This document shows positions 27,493-41,319 of a DNA stretch of 64,000 nucleotides, piece after piece. The stretch's first letter is position 1, and each line of letters starts with the position of its first letter. A program made the translations under genes and the position numbers. The notes beneath the pieces are model-generated. The model searched no databases and had not been told where the DNA came from. It worked only from the letters and a program-made list of their open reading frames with translations. Where the stretch lies: positions 4,470,508 through 4,534,507 of the forward strand of contig MU058584.1 in NCBI GenBank assembly GCA_013265495.1, in the 5' to 3' direction. This DNA is from Vicugna vicugna. Taxonomy: Eukaryota.

Positions 27493-28409
27493 CTAAACCA
27501 GTGACAACTTTATAGTGGAGATTGAAATCTCTTTTTGTAAGGGGATTAGGAAGTCTATGTTCTTTGAATATGTTTAGAGTCTTAGTATCTATTGAAATGG
27601 ATAATTTTGCATTTACATTAGTCTTTAGCATATCCTGAACATTCAGACTTAAGAAATTCTTCATAAGGTGTTGCCAAGATGTATTTTATGAGGGTCAGTA
27701 AATTTTGACTTTTGCCTCCTTTTTAGCTACTAGGGAAAAGTTAGTGAAATATTTATGTTTTGTTTCTTTAGTCTTAAAATCTCAATGAAAGCTGAAAAAT
27801 GTCTGATTTTAATAGTGAATAATGACAGTCAAATATGACAAATACATGTAATAGAACATGTGGACAATTCCTGAAGATAAGACCACCAAAGGCATATTAT
27901 CAATTGTAACAACTGCAGACAATTGAACAGCTCTACTGTGGATTTATTTCATTCCTTCCTGGTATAGGATGAAAGTGCTTAAAAGAGAAGCTTCTGGTAG
28001 CATAGAATTTGTATTACAGGTCAGTGTTTTTCAAGTGTTTTGACCATGAGCCACAGTAAAAATACATTTACATGGCAACTTGTGGTACACACACAAAACT
28101 AAAAGATTCCCCAAATGGTATTTAGCGTTACTAGGGGTGGTGCATTCTCTTTTCTGTTCCATATCATGTTGTTAAAAATGTTGGTGTTGACCCAGTAGAA
28201 TATCCACTGAGTGTTGACTTGAGGTTTGCAGAGCAGTTTTAGATGGTGGAGTGGGTTCCCCAAGTACTTGCAGCAGATTAAAAACTTCGGAGTGTGTATG
28301 TGTGAGATATTGTGATGGCTAAGAAAGAAGATGTAAATAATGAAACTTTTGGTTTATACTTTGGGAAAATTAACGAGGGTAGGACTTTAAAATTCTCATT
28401 TCATGATTA

Positions 28410-31400
28410 CATGTGTAATACCTACAATGGGATTGCTGAGTTGTATGGTAAGTCTGTTTAACTTCATAAGAAACTGCCAGACTTTTCCAAAGTCATTATA
28501 CCATACTGCGTTCTGATCAGCAGTTTCAGAGTTCCAGTTGTTTCACATTCTCATCAGCACTTGGCATTATGAGTCTTCCTAATTTTAGCCTTTCTAGTAG
28601 ACATATAGGTATAATAATATCATTATTACTTTATTTGCATTCAGTTTAATCCTAATAGTGATTTTGAGTATATTTTCATGGCTTATTTGCCATCCATATA
28701 ATTTGGTTAAATGTTCAGATTTACCTTCTTAATACTGAAAGGATTTTTTATATATTCTTGATAGAAGTCTTTAATCAGATAGGTATTTTGCAAATATTTT
28801 CTTCCAGTTTGTGTCTTGTCTTTTCCTTAACAATGTCTTTTATAGTTCATGCTTCTTGTGTCCTATTTAAGAATCTTTACCTAATTCAAGGTCATAGAGA
28901 TTTATACTTCGCTTTTTTTGTAGAAGTTTTCTATTTTTAACTCTTACATTAGGCCTGTGAAAAGTTGTGAATTAATTTTAATAAATGCTGTGAGGTAAGG
29001 GTCAAGTTTCATTTCTTTTCATATGAATGTAGTTGATCCAGCATCATTTGTGAAAAGTCTGTCCTTTCCCCTTTGTTTAAAATCAGTTGTATGTGGTCAG
29101 TTTCTACCATGTTCTGATAATCTCTGTGGGTCTTTATGCCAGTACTTCAGGTCTTTATAGTGAATATTGAAATAAACTAGTGTGATGTTTTGAACTTGGT
29201 TCTTTTTTTTTTTTCCCAAAATTATTTTGGCTATTCTAGGTCATTTTCATTTTTTAAATTTCAAAATTAGCTTGTCAGTTTCTACCAAAAAACCTGTGGC
29301 TTTGATTGGTATGGTGTTGAATCTATACATTGTTTCAGGGAAGACTGTAGTCTTTACAGTATTGAATCTGCCAATTCATGTTGGTGGCTTTTCTCTTCAT
29401 TTTTTTTTTTTTTGATACTCTTTCATTTCTCTCAGCAGTGTTTTATATTTTTCAGTGTACAAATATAAATATTTTGTTATTTTCCCCATATATTTAATAT
29501 GTTAAAAAATACAATTCTATAAAGTTTTAAATATTATTTTAGATAGTATTATTTTATGTTCATAAGTAATATCAAATTGTTCATTACTTGTATGTACAAA
29601 TACAGTTGTTTTTAATTGGCCTTACATCCTGCAACATTTACTCAGTCTACTCATTAGTTCTTATAAGCATTTCTTTTTTGCAGATTTTTTGGGATTTTAT
29701 GTAGATGACTGTATCACTGCATATTAAGACACTTTTTTTTTTTTAACATATAGTTTTTTCCTCCATTTTCCATTTTCTTGCTTAATGGCACTGGCCAGGA
29801 TTCCAGTTGAATCTTGAAGAAAAGGAGTAAGAGTGAACATTGTTGCCTCATTCCTGATCCTGGAAAACATTCAACCTTTTACTGTTAAATGTGTTGTTGA
29901 TTGTAGGTATTTATAAATAGCCTTTGAAGAAATCCCTTTCTGTTCTTAAATTGCTGAGAGTGTTTATCATGACTAGCTTTTAAATTTTGTCAAGGTTTTT
30001 TTTCTGCATCTGTTGAGTTGATTGATTTCTCTTTCATTGATTATATGATATATTAACATATAGGTTGATTTTTAGATGTTGATTCAATTCCTGTGCTAAA
30101 TTATACTTTATATATTGCTGGCTTCACTTTTTGTAAGAATTTTGTGTTTTTGTTCATTAAGGATATTAGCCTATAGTTTTCTTGTTATATTTTTGCCTGT
30201 TTTTGGTATCAGGATAATGCTGGCCTCATAAATGAGTTGGATATGTTCTTCCCTTTTTCTGAAGAGTTTATGTAGAATTGAAATGATCTTTTCCTTGAAT
30301 GTTTGATAGATTTCATCATTAAAGCCATATGAACTTCAGGTTTTCTTTGTAGGAAGATTTTGTTTTGTTTGGTACCTTACCTTTTAATTTGAGATATGGG
30401 TATATGACTAACTGTTCACTTGTTGACAGATAATTGTATTATTTCCAGTTTTTGACTGTTAAGTCTAGAATTGTTATGAACATCCATATACAGATTTTTG
30501 TATGAACATAAATTTTCATCTCTGGAATAAATGTCCAAGAATTGTAGTTACTGTGATGTATGATAAGCACATTGTTTACTTTTGTAAGAAGCTGCCATAC
30601 TTTTCTGTAGTATGGCTGAACCGTTTTATGTTCCCATCACCCATGTGTGAGTAATCCAGTTTCTCTGCATCATCACCACTACTTGGTGTCACCACTGTTT
30701 TTTATTTTAGTATTTCTAGAAAGTATATAGTAATGATTCATGGTTTAAAATTATTAATTTTCCTAATGGCTAATGTTGAGCATCTTTTTATGAGTGTTTT
30801 TTTTAACTGTTTTATATTTTTCCTTTTTTAAATGTAATTGAAGTATTTTAAATTGAAGTATCAATTTTTAATTGATGTATTTACTGGACCTACAACACTG
30901 TGTTAGTTTCAGGTGTTCAACACAGTGATTTGATATTTCTATACATTACAAAATAATCATCACAATAAGTCTAGTTACTATCTGTCACCGTACAAGGTTA
31001 TTATTGTCTCTGTCCCATGCTGTATATTTCATTGATGTGATTCACTTATTTTGTAATTGGAAGTCTCCCTATGCCATCTCTTTTTTATACATTCATCTGT
31101 TGATGGACAGTTAGATTGCTTCCATTTCTTAACTACTGTAAAGAATGCTGCAATGAACATAGAGGTGCATGTATCATTTTGAATTAGTGGTTTTATTTTC
31201 TTTGGGAAAATACTCAGAAGTAGAACTGCTGGTTAGTATGATAGTTCTCTTTTTAGTTTTTTGAGGAATCTCCATACTGTTTTCCACAATGGCTGCCCCA
31301 ATTTGCATTACCACCACATCCTCACCGACACTTAAAAAAAACTTTTTTTTATGTTTATTTATTTTTTAAAGTTTTTTTGGTTGTGGGAGGTAATTAGGTT

Positions 31401-34400
31401 TATTTACTTATTTATTTTTAGAAGAGGTATTGTGGATTGAACCTAGGACCTCATGCATGCTAAGCGTGCACTCTACCACTTGGTCTATACCCTTCCCTCC
31501 TCGCCCAGACTTTTTATTTGTTGTCTTTTTTTATAATAGCTATTCTGACAGGTGTGAAGTAATACCTCATTTGATTTGTATTACCCTGATGTTTAGTAAC
31601 ATTGAGCATCTCTTCATGTATGTGTGGGCCATCTGTTTGTCTTCCTTGGAAAAGTGTCTATTCAAGTCTTTTGCTTGGTTTTTAATCATATTTTTTTTTT
31701 TTTGATGTGGAGTTACATGAGTTCTTTGTATATTTTGGATATTAACTTCTTATCAGGTATATTGTTGGCAAAAATCTCCCATTCAGTTGGTACCCTTTTC
31801 CTCTTCTTGATAGTTTCCTTTGCTTTGCAAAAGCTTTTTACTTTGATATAGTCCCATTCATTTATTTTTGCTTTTGTTTTCCTTGTTGAGGAGACATACC
31901 CCCCCAAAATTACTAAGACTGATGTCTAAGAGCATACTGCCTATGCTTTCTTCTAGAAGTTTTATGGTTTCAGGTCTTACATCTAAGTCTTTAATTCATT
32001 CTGAGTTTTTGTATATGGTGTGAGAAACTTTGTTCAGTTTGATACTTTTGCATGTAGGTGTTCATTTTCCCAGCACCACTTATTGCAGAGGCTATTTTTT
32101 CCTCAGAGGCTATTCTTGCCTGCTTTGTAATAGATTAACTGACCATATACCTGTTGGTTCATTTCTGTGTTTTCTGTTTTGTTCTACAGATCTGTGGGTC
32201 TGTTTTTATGCTGGTAAAAAAAACTTACTGTTTGATTACTTTCACTTTGTAGTATAGTTTGAAATTGGTGCATGTGATACCTCCAGCTTTGTTCTGCTAA
32301 GGCTTGTTTTGGTTATTTGGGTATTTTGTGTTTCCATATAGATTTTAGAGTTATTCTAGTTCTGTGAAAAATGCCATTGGTATTTTGATAGGGGTTGCAT
32401 TGAATCTGTAGGTTGCCTTGAGTAGTATGGTCATTTTAATAATATTAATTCAGCCACTCCATGAATACAATGTATCTTTCCAGTTGTGTCATCTACAGTT
32501 CTTTTTATCAATGTTTGATAGTTTTCCGAGTCTCTTGCCTCCTTGGTTGGATTTATTCCTAAGTATTTTATTCTTTTTGATACAATTGTAAATAAAATTG
32601 TTTTCTTAATTTCTCTTTCTGGTAGTTCATTGTTAGTGTATAGAAACAACAGATTTCTATATATTAATTTTTTATCCTGTAACTTTACAGAATTCATTTA
32701 TTCTGATAGTTTTTGGTGGCATCTTTAGGATTTTCTATATATAGTATGTCACCTACAGACAGTGACAATTTTACTTTTCCTTTCCAATTTAGATTCCTTT
32801 TATTTCTTTTTCTTGTCTGATTGCTATGGCTGGGACTTCCAATATTATGTCAAATAGAAGTGTTGAGGGTGGGCATCCTTGTCTTGTTCCTGATCTGGGG
32901 GGGAAATGCTTTTAGCATCTCACTGTTGAGTATGGTGTTAGCTGTGGGTCTGTCAATAAAGTGGTCCTTTATTATGTTGAAATATGTTCCTTTATACTCA
33001 GTTTGTTGAGTTTTTATCGTAAATGGATATTTTGTCAAAAGCTTTTTATGCACCTATGGAAATGATCATATGATTTTTAGTCTTCAGTGTGTTAATGTGG
33101 TATATCACACTGACTGAATTGCAGATACTGAACCATCCTTGCATCCCTGGGATAAATCCTGTTTGATCACGGTGTATGAAACTTATACTGTATTGTTGAA
33201 TTTGGCTTGATAATATTTTATTGAGGATTTTTGCTTGTGTATTCATCAGTGATATTGGCCTGAAATTTTCTTTTGTGGTGTCTTTGTCTGGTTTTGGTAT
33301 CAGAGTGATGCTGGCTTCATAACATGAGTTTAGAAGTCCTTCCATCCTCTTCATTTTTTTCGAATCATTTGAAAAGGATAGGTATTAGGTCGTCTGTAAA
33401 TGGTAGAATTTATCTGTGAAGCTGTCTGGTCCTAGACTTTTGTTTGTTCTTAGATTTTTGGTTACTGACTCAATTGCTCTACTAGTAATTGGTCTGTTAA
33501 TGTTTTCTGTTTCTTCCTGATTCAGTCTTGGGAGATTGGACATTTCTAGAAATTTGTCTGTGTCTTTAAGGTTGTCCATTTTATTAGCATGTAATTGTTT
33601 ATAGTAATCTCTTATGATTCTTTATATTTCTCCTTTTTCACTTCTGATTTTATTGATTTGAGTTCTTTTTCTTGATGCGTGCAGCTACAAGTTTATCAAA
33701 TTTATTTTAGCCTTTTCAAAGAACCTTCTTAGTTTTATTGATCTTTTCTATTTTTTAGCCTTATTTCATTTATTTTGCTCTTATCTTTATTATTATTATT
33801 TTTTGTGTGTGTGGGTGGGTCTTGTTTGTTCCTACTCTTGTGGCTTTAGATGTAAGGTTAGGTTGCTTAAAATTTTTCTTGTTTCCTAAGGTAGACATGT
33901 ATCATTATACTTCCCTCTTAAAACTGCTTTTATTGAGTTCTTCAGATTTTGGATCATTGTGTTTCCATTTTCATTTGATTTTTTTTATTTTTATTTTTCC
34001 TTTGATTTCTTCAGTGGTTCATTGGTTATTTAGTAGCATATTTAGCCTCCATGTGTTTGTGGTTTTTGCAGTTTTTTTTTTAAAAAATAGTTGATTTCTA
34101 GTCTCATAATTACTGTTGATTCCTTCTAGTGTATTTTTTATTTCAGATTTTGTGTTCTTCAGCTCTGGTTCTTCTTTGTATTTTCTAACTCTTTGGTAAG
34201 CTTCTCACTGTGTTCATCCATTCTTCACCAGACTTTGTTGAGCATCTTTGTGGTCATTACCTTGAACTCTTTATCAGGTAGACTGCTTAACTCCAATTCA
34301 CTTAGTTTTTCTTCTTGGGTTTTATCTTGTTCCTTCCATTGGAACATATTCCTCTGTTTCCTCATTTTGCCTAATTACGTGTTTATGTGTTAGATAGGTT

Positions 34401-36150
34401 TTTAATGTTTCCTAATTTTGGAGAAGTGGCTTAATGTAGGAGATATCTTACAGGCTGAAAAGCACACTCCTGTGATCTAGCGGTGCCCCCATGTGGGCTG
34501 TGTGGGTCCTTCTGTTGCGGTGGGACTGACTACTGTGGCATGCCAGTAGGTGGGGCTGGCTTCCATGCCAGGTGTCCGCCAGGCCCTGCAAAGTGCGGAG
34601 GCTTCTAGCTGCTTGTTTTGGGGGCTGGGTCCTTGTGTGGCTGGCTGTATGGCATAGGAGTCCCAGGCTGTTGCTGGCCTGCTGGCAGGTAGGGCTGGGT
34701 CCCGTTGCTGCTGGCTGTTGGTGTTTGGAGGGTTTCTGCCATGTTTATATTTTCAGTGACGTGTCTTTTTGTGTCTCCTGCTCATTTTCTGTTTGGGTTA
34801 TTATTATTTTTCACTATTGTGTTTTGAGACTTGTTTGTATAGTTTAAATACTGGTCCTTTGTCAGATACGCAGTTTGCAGGTGCCTTTTTCCAGTCTGTA
34901 GTTTGTCTTTTTCTTGTCTTCACAGTCTTTTGCAGAGTAAATTTAACTTTGGTGAGGTTCAATTTACTAAGTTATTTCTTTTATGAATTATGCGTTTGAT
35001 GTCATGTCTAAATAGTCTTAACCTGTCCCTAGGTCCTGAAGATTATCTCCGATTTTTTTTTTCTCCCTAAAGTTTTATAGTTTTACATTTTTGCATTTAA
35101 GTCCAGGGCCCATTTTCTGTTAACTTTTGCATGAGGTATATGATTTAGTTTGAAGTTCTTTTTTCTGCTTATGGATGTCCACTTTCTCTAGCACCATTTG
35201 TTTAAAAAATGTATTTGCCCCATTGAATTGCCTTTGCACCTTTATTAAATATCAGTTGGGCATGTTTGTGTGTATCTGATTGTGTGTTCTCTATTCTCTT
35301 TCATTTATTTGTGTATCTTTCCCTCTGTAAATACCATACTGTTTTGCTTATTGTAGGTACATGGTAAGTTTTTACATCAGATTGAGTGACTGCCCCCCTC
35401 ATTCTTTTTCAGAATAGTTTTAGCTCTTCTAGGTCTTTTGCCTTTTTATATGAATTTTAACGAGTAAGCTTGTCCATATCTCCAAAATACCTTGCTGGGA
35501 TTTTGATAGGAATTGAGTTGGACGTACATATATGGGTTTGGGAAGAACTGACATCTTTGCATTGTTGAGTCTTCTGATCCGTAAGCATGATACATCCCTC
35601 CATTTATTTAGTTCTTTAGTTTCTTTTATCAGCATTTTGTAATTATCAGGATGCAAGTCCTAAACATGTTTTGTTATATTTGTGTCTAAATATTTTGTTT
35701 TCTTTTGAGCTGTTATAGATGGATGTGTTTAAGTTCAACTGCTACATGTTCATTGTTAGTATGTAACAGTGCGATTTTTTGTGTGTTGATTTTATATCCT
35801 GCGACCTTGCTGAACTCACTTTCTCAGAGGTTTTTGGGTATAATTCTAGGAGATATTCTGCATGGAAAATCATATCATCTTTGTATTGGGACTGTTTTAT
35901 TTCTTCCTTTGTAATCTGTATATCTTTTTTTTTTCTTTCTTACTTTATCCCATTGGCTAAAACTTCCAGTACTGTGTTTAATGCAGTGGTGAGAGTGCAC
36001 ATCATTGTATTGTTCCTGATTTTAAATGGAATGTGTTCAGTCTTTCATCATCAAGTATGGTATAAGTTTTAGGTCTTTTATTGGTGCTTTTTATCAGATT
36101 GAGGAAATTTCCTTCTGTTCCTAGTTTGCTGAAAGTGTTTATCATGAATG
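28410..36150 (-). mobile_element. Cluster of nested degenerate L1 elements
   Basis: Broken minus-strand ORF2 peptides, e.g. [27 protein letters not shown] (33046-33354), KYLGIN, and [12 protein letters not shown]; several 3'UTR ends. Confidence 0.92.
31342..31497 (-). mobile_element. tRNA-derived SINE (Vic-1-like, long-tailed form) nested in L1
   Basis: Same head as the other copies plus a 'gggaggtaattaggtttattt' tail segment. Confidence 0.8.
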
Positions 36151-36757
36151 AGTCCGCTCAGAGAAGCAGAACAACCAGGAAATACACAAACATACATACA
36201 CACAAAGATGTGTTACTGGTATTTGATTTTATGTAATTGCGGGAACTCATTAAACTGTCTTTGTAAAGTTATTCTCTTCATGTCCTTTGGTGGGGCTTGA
36301 CACCCTCAGGACAGACAGTTGGGAAAGGATGATGATAAATTATGGGTTGGAAAGAAAAGCTTGAACCCATGAAAACATAGAATCTCTGCCAGTTCTCACT
36401 GCCTCTAACCTTATGGATGTACATGTTCTGTAGGAGAAACTGGCAGCCTTTGTCATGGACCTAAACACAATTTGACCTAGTATTACAGGAAGCTAGAAGA
36501 GGATCCTTGGGTAGGCAGGACGGTTACAGGCCTAGTTGCTACCCATTCCAACGAAGGGAGCCAGCCAGGTAACCATGTATATAAGCAAAGTAAGCATCTG
36601 CTTTCTCAGCATAAAAATTAGTATGTTGCCTACCAACCCCCACCCCCCTCCCACCAATCTTGTGTAAAAATGACTGGTGATTCAAGTAACAGAAAACATA
36701 CATGGAAGAAATTCTGGGAAATGTGGTTCAATGTTGACACATTTTAAAGCCATCACA
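36150..36757. mobile_element. MLT2-like ERVL LTR remnant
   Basis: 'ctcagagaagcagaacaaccagga' near the start and 'gttgacacattttaaagccatcaca' at the end. Confidence 0.6.
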
Positions 36758-38397
36758 CTTTTTGCTTGTTGTTCATTGTAAGGCTCTTGGTAGGGATGGG
36801 AGGGGGATCCAGACCCTTCCCCAAGGACAGGCAGTTTGTACTTCTTTCACTTCCTCAAGGCAATTGCCTTTGCCTGAAATAGATGTGAGGATTTCCTGAC
36901 TCTCTTAAAGCCAGTGGACCTTTGCTGAGGCTCTTTTTAGCTAGGATTTCCCCGTGGGATAAAGCTTTTGTTTCCTAAGAGAGAAAGACCTGAAAAGTGA
37001 CTGGAGGTTTTTTCCCAAGTCCTTCCAGACAGAAAAGATACTCTCTCAGGCCTCCTGCCATTTTCAGTGTTTCTTATGAATGCTTGGAGGAGGCTAGTGG
37101 AAAAGAGCTGGTGACTGAATGTAGGATCCTAGAGATTAGTATACTAAACTGGCTCTCTCGCCTACAATTGGCCTTTAAGCATTCCTTTGAGTTTTTACTG
37201 TTTTCTTCTTGCACATTTTGGTAGCAGTCACCCATTTGCCCAGTGCTTTGTCAGAGGTGAAACAGTCCTATGTTCTGTCTCCTCAGTTTGTGACCCTATA
37301 ATTTTTAGTTCTCCTGGTTATCTAGTAAGAATGTCATGAAAGACAAAAATTATTTCAAGGAGACAAGTTAGCTGTGACAGATAATAATACTATGAGGTCA
37401 TGAAAAATGTGTCTTGAAAGAGACCATTGGATTTATTGATACCCCACAATTTCTGAGAACAAAACCAATCAATAGGAGGGGGTAAAACAGACAGTGCAGG
37501 AAAAGGAAGACCTGACAGTGAGCTAGAGAAGGCAGTGTATGTAGATGACGGAGAAGTTTGTCATTCAAAAGAAGTAGCTCACAGGGGCAGTAGAGTCAAG
37601 TCAAGTAAAAAATTCTGTTAAAGTGCTGTTCCATCTTTTTTCTCTGTATAACTATCTTTATTCTTTTTTCTTAACCAGCTGAAGTTACCACAACTCCATA
37701 ATGAAGTCATTTAAAAAAACCCATTTTCTCTCAGACAGTATTAACCTTAAACAATCCCACCTATGCGTAAAGAGAGAACTAATATTAAGTGTCTATAGTA
37801 TCTCAGACACATCTATGAGTTTTACACGTGCTAATTCATTTACTCCTGACAACAGACCTGTGAAGTTATTCTCATCAAACATAAAGCTTTTACAGATGTG
37901 GAACTGAGGCCCTAAAAGGTTAAATTTTGCTCCGCATGTGTACAGTATTTTCCAAGTTAGATATTTAAACCTAACATTTCTTGTTCCAAGCATCTCATAG
38001 TCTAATAATAAAATGAAAATAAATAAGTTACAAAGATGTTTAATAAGTTAAAAGTCATTAAAAATGAGCAGTATGTCTATTGCCAGTGAAAGATGTTCAC
38101 CTTGTTTTATTGAGTGGAAACGTATTGAAGAACAGAGTCAATATTATGATCCTATTCATTTATTCACTAATTCAGCAAATGTGTATTGGATACCTACTTC
38201 CTTCTAGGCACTGTTCTGGGCACTTAGGATATTTGGCTGAACAAAAGAATGTTCCTCTTCACACAACTTAACAATCTATTAATATAGAATACAATGTAAA
38301 AGTAGAGATGGAATTATGTGAGGCAGCTTGGGCTGCAAGGAAGATGTGAGTAGAAAGCTGCAATGATAGGTAAATTCATCCATGACAAGTGTGTGCT

Positions 38398-38872
38398 TGT
38401 TGGGAGCCAATTCTCTATGGCTCTTCTGCATTTCTGCACATCTTGTGAGCAGAGGCACTGGCTGCTTTGTTCTGGACAATCTTTTCAAGGATATTTATTT
38501 AGGGAAGCACCTTGAGAGCTATAGTATCTCCCTCTGGAGCAGAGGGCAGATTCATTTATTGTCCAGAATAATAATGTCTTCCTTTGGGACAAAGGTTAGG
38601 CAGGTTTGCCTGATAAAAGATTTGGGTTCCTTCAATTCAGGGTTTCCCAGCTGTGATTCAAACTCTCTGCCTGTGCAGTATTCACCCAGGCCCCTGTGTG
38701 TTGCCCTATGGGAGCTGGGGGACAAGGGGAACCAGTGTGAACCTGAAACTTATTCTGTAGAAAAATCCTTTGCCTCTGACTTGGGAGTCTTGTGTCTTCT
38801 GCCAGCATCCATGAAATGGTGGCAGGTAACTTGTTAGCTTGGAAATAGTCCAGATTCTTCACAGTTGTTGAT
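38398..38872 (+). mobile_element. LTR40-like ERVL solo LTR
   Basis: 'tgttgggagccaattctctatgg...gagcagaggcactg...gtcttctgccagcatccatgaaa'. Confidence 0.75.
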
Positions 38873-39610
38873 AATAGGTATGAGTTTATTTTTATTTTAA
38901 TTTGAGAGGGATCAATTTTTTTTTAACTTACAGTTCTTGTTTTATGCTAGCTTTCAGCTTCTATTTCTTGGTGTAGTACATTTAATTCCTAGAAGGGTAG
39001 AGGAAGTTTACACTAGTTTGTTCTATAAGCACATTTTATGGGATGTGTGGACAATGCAATCTTTTTGATCTTCTAAGTCACATACAGAAATACCATTCAG
39101 GAGCTGTAATGTGTCTGTCATGTCTCAGTGCATGCTTTTATGTACAAGTTCATATATGAGTTCTTGCTTGAAGAACTCACTTTGTGTTCTATTCTCTTAT
39201 GTCCCATCACCATTTTCTTTAGATGGAAATGGCTAGAGCCATGTTTTCAAAACCAGATTTTAAAAATTTGGAAAAAAGTTTTTAGTACTTTTTTTTTAGC
39301 ATTTTAAAGAATTTAAATAGCTGTCACGTTATTAATTTTGATACTTTATTTCTTAACTCTTTATTTCTAACTCAGTAGGATTACCAAGCCTGCTGTTAGC
39401 CAACAGGAAAAGATTTTTTTAAACATTTTATCTGTTTACCACAGTTAGCATCTTTTTAAAACTGAAAACCGGATTTGAGAAGTTAATTATATAAGTACAA
39501 CCTAGTTCATGAAAATGCTTTGCTGAATTTCTGTAGGTTGTTTTATTCTAATAAGTTTAGAAACCATAGAGCCCCCACTCTTCTGCACTTACCTCCCCAC
39601 CCCCAGTCCT

Positions 39611-39611
<1 letters not shown>

Positions 39612-39643
<32 letters not shown>
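39612..39643. repeat. (AC)16 microsatellite
   Basis: Direct reading. Confidence 0.97.
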
Positions 39644-39648
<5 letters not shown>

Positions 39649-40651
39649 CTTTAAACCATATGTTCAGCCTTCATCTAGCCTTCTCACCAGTTATAAGTAA
39701 GGACAAAGAAAACAATTTCAAGAATATCTTGGTCTTCACTTTGAATGCAGAACAGAAAAAATCTGTCCCTTATGACAGTATATAGAGAGCATAGTCACGT
39801 TTAATTTTGAGGTCTCATCAGCCTGATTACTTAGCTAATTATCATTGTTTGTCATTATATTCAGCTTTGTTTCATTGCAGCTTCTGAATAAACATAAAGC
39901 TTTTTGTTCCTTTTTTGGTAAAGATGATTCATTTCTTAAAGGGAAACATTTCTCTTTTTCAAAGAAGGAATTTGTTCTATTTTTGAAGTATTGTAACTTC
40001 TGCTATTGATAGAAATTTAGGCTGATTTTATTTTTTTGCTGCCAAATTTCATCATTGTGAAATGAACTTTCAAATATTTTAACATTTCTGAAATTGAGAT
40101 GTGTTTAAAAATAGGTGGCATCTTATAAAAACACTGTTTGCCACCCTGTTTAAAATTGAAAACTCTATCCCCCACCTCCAGTCTTCTCTTATCTCCTCTC
40201 TTTGCTTTATCTTTCTATATAGCACTTTCACAGTTACATATTGTTTATTGTCTTTCATTAACCTAGAGGCAGGGATCTTTTTCTGTTTTGTTTTATCATT
40301 GTATGCCTAGCTCTTAGAACACCACCTGGAATGCAGTTAGTATGCAATATATTTGTTGAATGAATAGATAAATTGAAGGGAACATATGAATGTTTACTGT
40401 GGTCCAGATACTATGCTAAGTCCTTTCTGTTCTTGAATCACTTAATCCTTACAATAATCACATGAGGTAGGTAGATACTGTAGTGAGGAAACCAGGGCTA
40501 AGGTGGTTAATTTGCCCATTGTCACTCAGCTTGTAAATGAAGGTGTTGAAGTTAGAGCTTGAATCTACCTCATGCCTAAACTCTTAAAATATTACACTTT
40601 CCTAAGCAATAACTTGTATGATTTATTAGTTCATTCTTTCTTTTTAAACAG

Positions 40652-40713
40652 GAAGAAGAGAATTTATCCAAAGATTAAAACTTGAAGCAACCCTGAATGT
40701 GCATGATGGCTGT
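40652..40713 (+). CDS. DCAF6: DCAF6 exon 2 (GRREFIQRLKLEATLNVHDGC)
   Basis: 62 nt, flanked by aaacag and gtaagt; phase 1 to 0; start of the first WD40 repeat. Confidence 0.96.
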
Positions 40714-40748
40714 GTAAGTAACAGTTAATTCTCAACTATGGAGGACTT

Positions 40749-41117
40749 TATTTATTTGAAGTATAGTTAGTTACAGAGTGTCAATTTCTGGTATACAGCA
40801 TAATGCCCCAGTCATGCATATATATATAATACATATATGTATTTGTTTTTATATTCTTTTTTACTAAAGGTTATTACAAGATATTGAATATAGTTCCCTG
40901 TGCTATACAGAAGAAATTTGTTTATCTATTTTTATATATAGTGGTTAACATTTGCAAATCACATTATTTCATTCTTTTTTATGGCTGAGGAGTATTCCAT
41001 TGTATAAATATATCACAACTTCTTTATCCAGTCATCTGTCGATGGATATTTAGGTTGCTTCCATGTATTGGCTATTGTAAATAGTGCTGCTATGAACATT
41101 GGAGTGCATGTGTCTTT
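40749..41117 (-). mobile_element. Internally deleted L1 3' end with 15-bp TSD
   Basis: TSD AACTATG(G/A)AGGACTT at 40734-40748 and 41118-41132; artiodactyl-type L1 3'UTR. Confidence 0.85.
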
Positions 41118-41319
41118 AACTATGAAGGACTTCAATACTAAGCGTGGAGATGTTTGAGGAAATGCCCCAATACTCCCAGAAGAGATTGTGACTAACTATA
41201 ATAAAATTGGGGAATAAAATTTTACATTAAAACATAAAAGTATATTTTGAATTTAGGAAAGTATATGGGAATTTTTCTAAAGAATGATGAGTTTTCTGAT
41301 ATCAGAAGACTTCCATCTC

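Noticed and set aside
31713..35656. RT-like ORFs suggesting an active retroelement or novel RT system
   Set aside because: Fragmented, frameshifted L1 ORF2 remnants.
38382..38837. 151-aa ORF
   Set aside because: Lies almost wholly within an LTR40-like LTR, with no coding hallmarks.
39050..39900. Repeat-poor intronic stretch that might hold a conserved element or small RNA
   Set aside because: No snoRNA box pair, convincing hairpin or exon structure found by eye; needs an alignment.
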